Source of the DNA: Breznakia blatticola
Lineage (GTDB): Bacteria > Bacillota_I > Bacilli_A > Erysipelotrichales > Erysipelotrichaceae
Assembly: GCF_004365815.1 (NCBI RefSeq)
Contig: NZ_SODD01000026.1
Span: 1,044-33,043 of the forward strand
Direction: 5' to 3'
Length of the DNA stretch: 32,000 nt
In this document: piece after piece, positions 16,730 through 24,800 of the stretch
Position numbering within the stretch: the stretch's first letter is position 1
How the letters are laid out: every line of letters starts with the position of its first letter
The notes under the pieces: model-generated
What the model saw: the letters and a program-made list of their open reading frames with translations, nothing else
What the model was told of the DNA's origin: nothing
The model's database searches: none
Made by a program: the position numbers and the translations under genes

Positions 16730-16750
16730 GGCGTTTATGAAAGTAACTAT
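16730..16750 (+). repeat. Right copy of the 21-nt exact direct repeat (SD-to-codon-5 of the DsbA-family gene)
   Basis: Identical to 2736-2756. Confidence 0.85.
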
Positions 16751-17441
16751 TGATATGTACAGTGACTATGCATGTCCATTTTGTTATCTGGGAAAAGAGA
16801 ATTTAAAAGCAGCAATTAAAACGTTACATCTACAAGATGATGTTGATATTCGTTACCATAGTTTTCAGTTAGATCCAAATATTGATCAATCACACCCAAT
16901 TGATTTAGAACACTTTGCGAAGATGAAAGGAATTTCATTGCAGCAATTACTTGAATCACAAAAAGAATTAGGTGAAAGACTACAAGAAAAAGGATTGACG
17001 ATGCATTATGACAAATTGATTGTCGCAAACAGTTTTGATGCACATCGTTTAGTAAAGTATGCAACAACACAAAACAAGGCTACAGAGTTACAAGATCGTT
17101 TATTAAAAGCAAGTCTTGAACAAGGATTAGATATTGCAGATTATAATGTGTTAACTACACTAGCTGTAGAAGTAGGTTTGGATAAAGATGCAGTAAAAGC
17201 TGTACTAAATTCTGGTGATTATGCATATTCAGTCATTCAAGATTTGGATAGTGCACGTGAACAAAATATATCGGGTGTTCCATTTTTTGTGATCAACAAT
17301 CGTTATCCAATTTATGGTGCACAACCAGAATATCGTTTTGAAGATACACTACGTCGTGCATTACTTGAAATGGATGATGCACCAATAAAAAAAGAAAAGA
17401 AACCAGAAGTCTGTGAAGGCGATTGTTGTTTGTTTGAATAG
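16737..17441 (+). CDS. DsbA/FrnE-family thiol:disulfide oxidoreductase
   Basis: N-terminal YSDYACPFCY (CPFC active site) in a DsbA-like thioredoxin-fold layout. Cys-rich C-terminal tail CEGDCC, as in FrnE-like proteins. Confidence 0.8.
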   Translation: MKVTIDMYSDYACPFCYLGKENLKAAIKTLHLQDDVDIRYHSFQLDPNIDQSHPIDLEHFAKMKGISLQQLLESQKELGERLQEKGLTMHYDKLIVANSFDAHRLVKYATTQNKATELQDRLLKASLEQGLDIADYNVLTTLAVEVGLDKDAVKAVLNSGDYAYSVIQDLDSAREQNISGVPFFVINNRYPIYGAQPEYRFEDTLRRALLEMDDAPIKKEKKPEVCEGDCCLFE

Positions 17442-17467
17442 GTGATGTTACGGCATCACTTTTCTTT
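17442..17467 (+). terminator. Short hairpin plus T-run after the DsbA-family gene
   Basis: GTGATG-TTACGG-CATCAC followed by TTTTCTTTT. Confidence 0.4.
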
Positions 17468-17541
17468 TGAAAAAGTTGTATTCCAATAGAATTTAGACAC
17501 ACATATTGATATACTAAACCTAGAACTAGGAGGATGATAGG

Positions 17542-18492
17542 ATGGCAATTCAAGAAGGAAAAGTCGTAATTATCGGAGCAGGTATGGTTGGTAGTCAAAC
17601 CCTTTCTGCAGTATTAAGAGAAGCAGTTGTAAATGAAATCGTTCTTATTGATATGAATAAAGAAAAAGCCCAAGGAGAAGTGCTTGATGCATCGCATACA
17701 ACAGCGTTTGCATATAGCAGTAATGTGAACATTCATACAGGTGATTATAGTGAATGTAAAGATGCACATATTATTGTGATGTCAGCTGGTCCAAGTATTA
17801 CTAAAGGAAATACGATGGATCGTAGTTTACTGTTAAATAAGAATATTGCAGTAATGCATGATGTAATGACGAACATCACAAAATATACAAAAGAAGCCAT
17901 TATCATTGTGATCAGTAATCCACTTGATGCATTAGTTTATTATGGGCAACATGCATTTGATTATCCACGTCATAAAATGATTGGGACAGGTACGTTATTA
18001 GATACAGCACGTCTACGTAAGATTATAGGTGAAACCTGTGGTGTAGATAGCAAGAATGTACATGGATATGTTCTAGGAGAACACGGAGAAAGTGCATTTG
18101 TTACTTGGAGTGATGTGAATATTGCAGGTATCCCATTTGAAGATTTAAATACAACCTTCCAAACAAAACTCGTAAAAGAAGAAATCTATAATGAAATGCG
18201 TTCCGTTGGATTTGATATATTACAATTAAAAGGATATACAAATGTTGGAGTTTCAGCTGCATGCGCAAGAATTATTAAATGTATTGTATTAAATGAGAAA
18301 AGCGTATTACCGATTTCCAATGTGCCTGATGGAGAATATGGATTACATGATGTTGCCTTAAGTTTGCCTTGTATTGTAGGTAGTCAAGGAATTGAACGGA
18401 TTCTAGAAATTCCATTAACAATTGCAGAACGTGCTTGTCTAGAGCGTTCAACAGCAAAACTAAAAGAAGAAAACTCAAAAATCGAAGCATAA
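17542..18492 (+). CDS. ldh: L-lactate dehydrogenase (L-2-hydroxyacid dehydrogenase family)
   Basis: Rossmann motif VVIIGAGMVGS, plus IGTGTLLDTARLR and LGEHGES catalytic motifs. 316 aa. Confidence 0.85.
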   Translation: MAIQEGKVVIIGAGMVGSQTLSAVLREAVVNEIVLIDMNKEKAQGEVLDASHTTAFAYSSNVNIHTGDYSECKDAHIIVMSAGPSITKGNTMDRSLLLNKNIAVMHDVMTNITKYTKEAIIIVISNPLDALVYYGQHAFDYPRHKMIGTGTLLDTARLRKIIGETCGVDSKNVHGYVLGEHGESAFVTWSDVNIAGIPFEDLNTTFQTKLVKEEIYNEMRSVGFDILQLKGYTNVGVSAACARIIKCIVLNEKSVLPISNVPDGEYGLHDVALSLPCIVGSQGIERILEIPLTIAERACLERSTAKLKEENSKIEA

Positions 18493-18496
18493 GTTG

Positions 18497-18527
18497 GCAT
18501 GTTCCTTAATAAGGAATGTGCTTTTTT
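18497..18527 (+). terminator. ldh terminator
   Basis: GCATGTTCC-TTAATAA-GGAATGTGC followed by TTTTTT. Duplicated at about 19327-19357. Confidence 0.6.
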
Positions 18528-18550
18528 CTTTATACGTATATATCAAAAAA

Positions 18551-18559
18551 TGATATGAT
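18551..18559 (+). promoter_or_regulatory. Extended -10 element TGaTATGAT upstream of DUF975 copy 1
   Basis: TGnTATGAT lies 37 nt upstream of ATG 18596. The same element recurs before the other two paralogs. Confidence 0.35.
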
Positions 18560-18595
18560 ATCAAAAGGGTGTGTGATGTAAAATGGGAGGACTCT

Positions 18596-19216
18596 ATGTT
18601 TTCGAGAATCTTAGTAAAAGAAAAAGCAAAAGTACAAAAAAGAAGTAATACGAAATTCATGCTTGTCGATTTATGTTTTTGCTGGATTTTACTGTTTGCA
18701 CTTTTTATAGCAATTTGTCTTCTAACAGAACCAAAAGTGATAAACGTAACACTAACCATAAGTATTGTTGCTATTTTTATTGTTATGATTTCATGTTTTG
18801 TTGCAAAAATAATTAATAAAACTGTAAAGTATGCAAAAGATGAAGATGCATTTTTAATACTTATTGATGAATCTGCATCATATACGTTTATAACGAAACA
18901 CTTAGTTGCTTGTTATATCATTGGTGCAGGATTATTGTTATTTATATTTCCTGGAGTGTATCTAGCATATCGCCTAATGTTTGTAAAACAAATTGCGGTT
19001 GATAAGCCAAAATTAGGAATAGTAGATACGATAAAATATTCTTTCGAACTGACAAAAGGAATTGAATTTGATTTGTTTATTTTGGATCTTTCATTTGCTT
19101 GGCGTTACATAATAATCATTTGTACATTTGGTGTAGCTATGATTTTACTTGCTCCATATATCTTAGTAACAAAAGCAGTACTATATGATCAATTGTCAAC
19201 AGAACCACTGTATTAG
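18596..19216 (+). CDS. DUF975-family integral membrane protein, paralog 1
   Basis: ATG 18596 sits behind GGGAGG; the track lists 18569. The N-terminus MFSRILVKEKAKVQ and the multi-TM layout match DUF975 as I remember it. Confidence 0.65.
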   Translation: MFSRILVKEKAKVQKRSNTKFMLVDLCFCWILLFALFIAICLLTEPKVINVTLTISIVAIFIVMISCFVAKIINKTVKYAKDEDAFLILIDESASYTFITKHLVACYIIGAGLLLFIFPGVYLAYRLMFVKQIAVDKPKLGIVDTIKYSFELTKGIEFDLFILDLSFAWRYIIIICTFGVAMILLAPYILVTKAVLYDQLSTEPLY

Positions 19217-19258
19217 TGGTTCTTTACTGCCTTTGTAGCATATGCTTTACGTGCTTGT

Positions 19259-19322
19259 CTAGAGCGTTCAACAGCAAAACTGAAAGAAGAAAACTCAAAA
19301 ATTGAAGCATAAGTTTGGCATG
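19259..19322 (+). pseudogene. Duplicated 3'-terminal 64 nt of ldh
   Basis: ACGTGCTTGTCTAGAGCGTTCAACAGCAAAACTGAAAGAAGAAAACTCAAAAATTGAAGCATAA matches 18429-18492 with 2 substitutions. Confidence 0.85.
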
Positions 19323-19379
19323 TTCCTTTATAAGGAATGTGCTTTTTTTAATTTGTATATATTAAAAAATGGTATGATA

Positions 19380-19388
19380 TCAAAAGGG
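19380..19388 (+). promoter_or_regulatory. Extended -10 element TGgTATGAT upstream of DUF975 copy 2
   Basis: Same position relative to the start codon as in copy 1. Confidence 0.35.
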
Positions 19389-19413
19389 TGTGTGATGTAA
19401 AATGGGGGACTCT

Positions 19414-20037
19414 ATGTTTTCAAGAATTTTAGTAAAAGAAAAAGCAAAAGTACAAATAAAAGGAAAAAGAAAATTCATGCTTATCGATTTATATTTTTGC
19501 TGGACTTTGTTATTTGTACTATCGATAGTAATTAGTCTACTAATAGAACCAAAAATTAAAAACACAACAGTAGTAATCGTAATTATTTTTGTTATTCTCG
19601 TTATGCTACTTTCGTTCTTTGTAGAAAGAAGAACTAAAAAAACTGTAAAGTATGCAAAGAATGAAGATGCATTTTTAATACTTATTGATGAATCAGAATC
19701 ATATACGTTTATTACGAAACACTTAGTTGCTTGTTGCATCATTGGGGTTGGTTTATTGTTATTTATATTTCCTGGAGTGTATCTAGCATATCGCCTAATG
19801 TTTGTAAAACAAATTGCGGTTGATAAGCCAAAATTAGGAATAGTAGATACGATAAAATATTCTTTCGAACTGACAAAAGGAATTGAATTTGATTTATTTA
19901 TCTTGGATCTTTCATTTGCTTGGCGTTACATAATAATCATTTGTACATTTGGTATAGCTATGATTTTACTAGCTCCATATATCCTAGTAACAAAAGCTGT
20001 ACTATATGATCAATTGTCAACAGAACCACTGTATTAG
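19414..20037 (+). CDS. DUF975-family integral membrane protein, paralog 2
   Basis: ATG 19414 sits behind GGGGGA. The C-terminal ~125 aa are nearly identical to paralog 1, while aa ~15-85 are diverged. Confidence 0.65.
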   Translation: MFSRILVKEKAKVQIKGKRKFMLIDLYFCWTLLFVLSIVISLLIEPKIKNTTVVIVIIFVILVMLLSFFVERRTKKTVKYAKNEDAFLILIDESESYTFITKHLVACCIIGVGLLLFIFPGVYLAYRLMFVKQIAVDKPKLGIVDTIKYSFELTKGIEFDLFILDLSFAWRYIIIICTFGIAMILLAPYILVTKAVLYDQLSTEPLY

Positions 20038-20081
20038 TGGTTCTTTACTGCCTTTATAGCATATGCCTTCTGTATGATTTA

Positions 20082-20090
20082 TGGTATGAT
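20082..20090 (+). promoter_or_regulatory. Extended -10 element TGgTATGAT upstream of DUF975 copy 3
   Basis: Lies 41 nt upstream of ATG 20132. Confidence 0.35.
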
Positions 20091-20131
20091 ATACATCGTG
20101 TGTGGATTAAGTAATGAAAGAGAGGGAACGA

Positions 20132-20797
20132 ATGTTTATTAGAAAAGAGTTAAAAGAAAAGGCAAAAAAGCGACTAAAAGGAAACTTAGCGAATATTATC
20201 GCACTACAGTTTTTCTCTATTGTCGCTTTTTTAGGAATGTATGTTTTTGCTTTTGGTATGATTGCAAGTAGAAATCGCCAACGAGGAATCACTATTTTAC
20301 TGAGTATTGGATTTATCCTATTTCTACTGTATCTATCTGTGGTTATTATGAATATGTACGTCAAGTATGCAAAAGAGGAAGTATATACATTTTCTGATAC
20401 AAAGTTAAAGACGGTGTGTATGTATGCCTTGAAAAATCTAGTAGTAGGATTACTTGTATGCATTGGAACGATTACACTTTTTATACCTGGAATATATCTA
20501 CTATATCGCTACACATTTGTTAGACAAATCGCTGTAGATCAACCAAACTTAGGAATTATTAAAACTCTTCGATATTCAGCAGAACTGACAAAGGGAATCA
20601 AACTAGATATCTTTGCACTAAACTTGTCATTTTACTTTTGGCAACTACTATGTGTAGTTACTTGTGGTTTAGCAGCGTTTTATGTAATACCTTATGTGAC
20701 GATGACAAATACGGTATTATATTATGAATTATCTATTGATGAAGGTAATGTGACAAATGAAGTAAGGGAGGAACATTGGAAACAGGGAATCGAATAA
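20132..20797 (+). CDS. DUF975-family integral membrane protein, paralog 3 (more distant)
   Basis: ATG 20132 sits behind AGAGGGA. MFIRKELKEKAKKRLKGNLANII is the typical DUF975 N-terminus. It shares PG.YL.YR..FV.QIAVD.P.LGI....YS.ELTKGI with paralogs 1 and 2. Confidence 0.7.
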   Translation: MFIRKELKEKAKKRLKGNLANIIALQFFSIVAFLGMYVFAFGMIASRNRQRGITILLSIGFILFLLYLSVVIMNMYVKYAKEEVYTFSDTKLKTVCMYALKNLVVGLLVCIGTITLFIPGIYLLYRYTFVRQIAVDQPNLGIIKTLRYSAELTKGIKLDIFALNLSFYFWQLLCVVTCGLAAFYVIPYVTMTNTVLYYELSIDEGNVTNEVREEHWKQGIE

Positions 20798-21207
20798 GAA
20801 TTGCTCGTGAACATAAGCGATACACGCAACAAGAGTTTGCAAAACACATTGATGTAAAAGAAGGAATTGTAAGACACTGGGAAGCTGGTGTATTATTTCC
20901 TACGGCATATGAATTATATAAAATAGCTAAGTGTCTGGATCTAACAATTGATGAGTTCTTAAAAGATGATACACGTATGGTGAATGCAATTGAATACAAT
21001 CATCGATTGCTTAAAACAACAAGAATATTCATTACGATTTCAGCACTTTCTATAATGATTACGTTATTTGCTTTGTTGTTTTCATTTGGATCAAGAGAGT
21101 TGCAAACCAACCTAATGGATTTGAATATATGGATTGTGATGTTATGTATGTTAGCTAATTTTGTGTTATTCAGTGTATATCGAGTACCTCAAAAAGAGAA
21201 TCATTAA
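20776..21207 (+). CDS. XRE-family HTH regulator with a C-terminal membrane anchor
   Basis: TTG start behind GGGAGG, overlapping the DUF975 gene by 22 nt. The N-terminus IRIAREHKRYTQQEFAKHIDVKEGIVRHWEAG is a Cro/C1-type HTH. Two hydrophobic segments occupy the last ~60 aa. Confidence 0.7.
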   Translation: METGNRIRIAREHKRYTQQEFAKHIDVKEGIVRHWEAGVLFPTAYELYKIAKCLDLTIDEFLKDDTRMVNAIEYNHRLLKTTRIFITISALSIMITLFALLFSFGSRELQTNLMDLNIWIVMLCMLANFVLFSVYRVPQKENH

Positions 21208-21240
21208 GTTCATTTTTGTTGGGGAAACACTAAATAAGAA

Positions 21241-21292
21241 AAAACAACAGACAAGTTTGATTAAGTTGAATTAAACCTGTCTGTTGTTTTTA
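21241..21292. terminator. Bidirectional terminator between convergent genes
   Basis: AAAACAACAGACAAGTTT ... AAACCTGTCTGTTGTTTT (about 16 bp with one mismatch), flanked by an A-run and a T-run. Confidence 0.6.
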
Positions 21293-21592
21293 TATGTTTC
21301 GTCCTTGATATTGTATGGTAACGACGAGCACAGTTTTATCTATTTCATTGATACGAAAAATAACAATATACTTATCAACTAGTAACTGTTTATAGTTCTT
21401 TCCTGCATAATTTCCTTCAATGCGATCTTGATGAGACATCGGAAATGTTGACATATTCAAAATGTCGTGCTTGATTTGGTTTGTTAATTTTTTTGCACTT
21501 TCAGGAGCTAATATCGTATGTGTAATGTAATCATAAATGCTTTCCAATTCTTTTATAGCTTTAGGTGAAATAACTACTTTATATTTTTCCAA
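21290..21592 (-). CDS. Type II toxin, RelE/ParE family
   Basis: 100 aa. Overlaps the upstream antitoxin gene by 14 nt. Sequence layout is typical of ParE/RelE (..ISPKAIKELESIYDYI.., ..IVIFRINE..VLVVTI..). Confidence 0.7.
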   Translation of the reverse strand: MEKYKVVISPKAIKELESIYDYITHTILAPESAKKLTNQIKHDILNMSTFPMSHQDRIEGNYAGKNYKQLLVDKYIVIFRINEIDKTVLVVTIQYQGRNI

Positions 21593-21848
21593 AATACTTT
21601 TTGTCTAATTCAGCAAAAACTGTTTTCGCATCAACAGGTTCTGCTCCGTTTGTGATTTCTTGTTCAGATTCATAGATAGCTTGGTCAATACGATTTATTC
21701 TGGCAAATTTATCATATAGTTCACTACTCATTATTACTAAATCGCTATATCCGTTTTTGGTAACAAATATTGGTTGATTTTCCTTATGTGCAAGGTTTGA
21801 AATTTCAGTTGTATTTCGCAAATCTTTAATAGGTACAATAATTGGCAT
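21579..21848 (-). CDS. Type II antitoxin, Phd/YefM family
   Basis: MPIIVPIKDLRNTTEISNLAHKENQPIFVTKNGYSDLVIMS is the Phd/YefM N-terminal signature. 89 aa, upstream of the toxin. Confidence 0.75.
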   Translation of the reverse strand: MPIIVPIKDLRNTTEISNLAHKENQPIFVTKNGYSDLVIMSSELYDKFARINRIDQAIYESEQEITNGAEPVDAKTVFAELDKKYFGKI

Positions 21849-21862
21849 ATCGTTAAGCTCCT

Positions 21863-21897
21863 CTCTTTACATAATTATAGCATAATTATGTAAAGAG
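21863..21897. promoter_or_regulatory. Perfect 16-bp inverted repeat (CTCTTTACATAATTAT agc ATAATTATGTAAAGAG), candidate TA operator
   Basis: Read directly. It lies 15-50 nt upstream of the antitoxin start on the minus strand, next to its SD. Confidence 0.5.
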
Positions 21898-22070
21898 GTA
21901 AATAATCGCTTTAAAAGTACAAATTTATAAATAGAGTGATAGAAAATATGATGTATTCAACAAAATAATGTAAAAAAATGAATAAAAGAATAAAGTTTGC
22001 CACAAGTAAGGTAAACTTTTTTTATTGGCAATAATTTTAGGTTTCATATAATGAAGGTAGGAGATAAAAG

Positions 22071-24020
22071 ATGATAGTTCTAACAAAACGGCAAAAAGAG
22101 ATTCTTACACTTTTGGCAAAGCAAAGTGATTACATCACATTCAATGAAATTGCGAAAAAGCTAAATGTAAGTAATCGAACCATTCGTAATGACATGAAGC
22201 AAATTGAATATTTTCTAGACGAAAAGAATATTGAACTTATCAAGAAATCAGGGGTAGGTGTTTTCATAAACTGTCTAGATAATACGATGCGTGAAATTCA
22301 AAAAGATATTGATGAACCATGTATGCGAATATTATCAAAATCAGAACGTAACGATTTAATGAAGGTGTATTTGTGTCTACCACGAATTAGCACCTTTCAA
22401 GAACTAGCAGATTTCTGTTTTGTGTCAAAACAAACCATTGTTAATGATTTTGATGAAGTGATACAGGAACTTGGTGGATACAACATCTCTGTTGAGAAAA
22501 TACAAGGTGTTGGCTTGCGATTGTTTGGAAGTGAAATTGATATTCGTAAGATGTTTATGCAAATCAACAACCAAGGAACGTATCAAAATGAAATCAAAGA
22601 GTTACTAACGATTCATGATGAAACTGGAATGCTTCAAAAGAAGGTAGAAGATATCTTTAATCAATTGGAAAATGAATATAACATTGTATTCAAAAATAGA
22701 GAGCGTTTTACCAATATTATCTTATTTTTCTTCCTGCGTATGAAACACAAGCAAGAATTAGCTGAAGACTTTCAATTTCCAGAAACACCAACACATGAGA
22801 GTTTGCCATTCTTTGTATCTTTTTTAACACCATATATTTCAAACAAACAAGAACGTTTATATATGAGTACAATCATGATCAGTGAAAGAATGAGTCAGTT
22901 ATCAGATTTACTTCATACAGATACAAATGAAAATGATGAAGCATATCAAATCTCCATGTATTTAGTAGATTCCTTACAAGCTTTACAACCATTAGAAAAA
23001 GAAGCAGTTCAGGAAATGATAGATGGATTAACTCTTCATTTAAAAACTGCAATTCATCGTTGTCGAAATAATCTTCAAGTGAAAAATGACTTAGTTGATC
23101 AAACACAAATGATGATTTCGCTATTCTATGAATTCACACGCAAGCAATTACATAAAATTGAAAAAGATTATAATCTAGCTTTTGATGAAAATGAAATTGC
23201 ATATATTGCGATGTACATTGCCTCAATTTATGAAACTGGAAATAAGGAACAAAATCTAGTGAATGTATTGTTGGTTTGTTCGTTTGGTTTAGCAACCAGT
23301 TCAATTTTGAAATCAAGACTTTCACAGTTTCTACCAGAGATTTGTATCATTGGGCCAATTGGTGAAAAACAAGCACAAGACTATATACAAAAAGAAGATA
23401 TCGATTTAATTATTTCAACTAGTGATTTTGAAGCACAAGAGATTCCAGTGATTCAAGTAAACGCGATGTTGAATCAAGTCGATATTGAAAGAATAAAGAA
23501 TACGTTGTATCAATTCTCTTATGCAAAGATGTGTTCGTCATTTATTAATTCAGTTGCACCTGCAATTGAGAAGTTAGAGAAACACTATATTAGTGATTAC
23601 ATTGAACGTTCACATATTCAAATTGTTGATCGTGTAGCCTCATGGGAACAAGCGATTCAGTTAGCTGCAAAACCATTACTACACAAAGGATATATTGAAC
23701 AAACGTATGTAGAAACTATGATCTATGCGGTAAATGAATATGGGACGTATATGGTGATGACACCAGAAACAGCATATATCCATGCTGGTGTAGATGATGG
23801 AATTTATCAGAATTGTACAGCGATGTTGGTACTAAAACATCCAGTGATGTTTGGATACAACAATCCAAAACTAGTTCGTAATATCGTAATCTTAGGAATC
23901 GAAAATAAACAAGAAAATGATTTGTTGAATATTGCATATATTTTAGAGAAAGAATGGAATATTAAACAACTTGAACATAAAGAAATAACTAAAGAAATGA
24001 TTTTAGACATGCATGATTAA
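22071..24020 (+). CDS. PRD-domain transcriptional regulator (BglG/MtlR/LicR type: N-terminal HTH, PRDs, EIIB-like and C-terminal EIIA-like domains)
   Basis: N-terminus KRQKEILTLLAKQSDYITFNEIAKKLNVSNRTIRNDMKQI (HTH). 649 aa, encoded directly upstream of PTS genes. NVLLVCSFGLATSS is EIIB-like. The C-terminal ~150 aa resemble the EIIA-2 fold. Confidence 0.75.
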   Translation: MIVLTKRQKEILTLLAKQSDYITFNEIAKKLNVSNRTIRNDMKQIEYFLDEKNIELIKKSGVGVFINCLDNTMREIQKDIDEPCMRILSKSERNDLMKVYLCLPRISTFQELADFCFVSKQTIVNDFDEVIQELGGYNISVEKIQGVGLRLFGSEIDIRKMFMQINNQGTYQNEIKELLTIHDETGMLQKKVEDIFNQLENEYNIVFKNRERFTNIILFFFLRMKHKQELAEDFQFPETPTHESLPFFVSFLTPYISNKQERLYMSTIMISERMSQLSDLLHTDTNENDEAYQISMYLVDSLQALQPLEKEAVQEMIDGLTLHLKTAIHRCRNNLQVKNDLVDQTQMMISLFYEFTRKQLHKIEKDYNLAFDENEIAYIAMYIASIYETGNKEQNLVNVLLVCSFGLATSSILKSRLSQFLPEICIIGPIGEKQAQDYIQKEDIDLIISTSDFEAQEIPVIQVNAMLNQVDIERIKNTLYQFSYAKMCSSFINSVAPAIEKLEKHYISDYIERSHIQIVDRVASWEQAIQLAAKPLLHKGYIEQTYVETMIYAVNEYGTYMVMTPETAYIHAGVDDGIYQNCTAMLVLKHPVMFGYNNPKLVRNIVILGIENKQENDLLNIAYILEKEWNIKQLEHKEITKEMILDMHD

Positions 24021-24033
24021 TGGAGGACTTAAA

Positions 24034-24477
24034 ATGAATGAAATTATACGAATGAATCATATACTAATCAATCAAAAAGCAAATACTTGGGAAGAAGCGA
24101 TTCGATTGACAGGACATCCATTAGTGAAAAGTCATGCGATTGATATGGAATATGTAGATAACATGGTCACAAGTGTAAAAGAGCTTGGACCGTATATTGT
24201 GATTATGCCACACTTTGCCTTAGCACATGCTGCTCCGGGTATCAGCGTACATCAATCAGAAATGTCGATTGCGACATTTCCAGAAGGGGTTTGTTTTGAC
24301 TGTGACAACGATCCAGTAAAAGTACTGATTTGTATGGCTTGTATCGATAAGACATCACACATTGATCGCTTACAAAAGATTGCAAATATTTTGATGGATG
24401 AAACGATTATTCAGCGGATGTGTGATTGTACTAGTGAACAAGAATTATACGACATCATAAATACAGATGGAAAATAG
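24034..24477 (+). CDS. PTS EIIA component (fructose/mannitol/ascorbate EIIA-2 type)
   Basis: ATG 24034 sits behind GGAGG; the track lists 24013. PHFALAHAAP contains the phosphorylatable His context. Confidence 0.75.
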   Translation: MNEIIRMNHILINQKANTWEEAIRLTGHPLVKSHAIDMEYVDNMVTSVKELGPYIVIMPHFALAHAAPGISVHQSEMSIATFPEGVCFDCDNDPVKVLICMACIDKTSHIDRLQKIANILMDETIIQRMCDCTSEQELYDIINTDGK

Positions 24478-24489
24478 AAAGGAGGCATT

Positions 24490-24774
24490 ATGAAACATAA
24501 AATTCAGACAGTTTGTGGTTTTGGTTGTGGCTCTTCACTAATGTTAAAAATGAATGTAGAAGCAATAGCTAAAAAACACGGAATTGAAATTGATGCGTTT
24601 TGCGGAGATGTTGGAACATGTTGTTCTAATGAATGTGATGTAATCTTCATCTCTAAAGAACTTGCAGAACGTATTGCAGAAAGAACAAAAGTACCGTTAG
24701 TTGTATTCAACAACTTTATGGACAAAAAAGAAGTAGAAGAAAAAAGTTTAGCCTATTTTGAAACGATTAAATAA
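24490..24774 (+). CDS. PTS EIIB component (ascorbate/UlaB-SgaB type)
   Basis: 94 aa. N-terminal VCGFGCGSS contains the active-site Cys loop. Confidence 0.75.
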   Translation: MKHKIQTVCGFGCGSSLMLKMNVEAIAKKHGIEIDAFCGDVGTCCSNECDVIFISKELAERIAERTKVPLVVFNNFMDKKEVEEKSLAYFETIK

Positions 24775-24800
24775 GAGATAGAAAAAGGAGAGTATATAAT

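Larger units (their letters stand above)
18429..19258 (+). repeat. Unit 1 of a tandem duplication (ldh 3' end, terminator, promoter, DUF975 gene)
   Basis: Hand alignment with 19259-20069. The ends are near-identical and the central ~190 nt are diverged. Confidence 0.85.
19259..20069 (+). repeat. Unit 2 of the tandem duplication
   Basis: See unit 1 (18429-19258). Confidence 0.85.
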
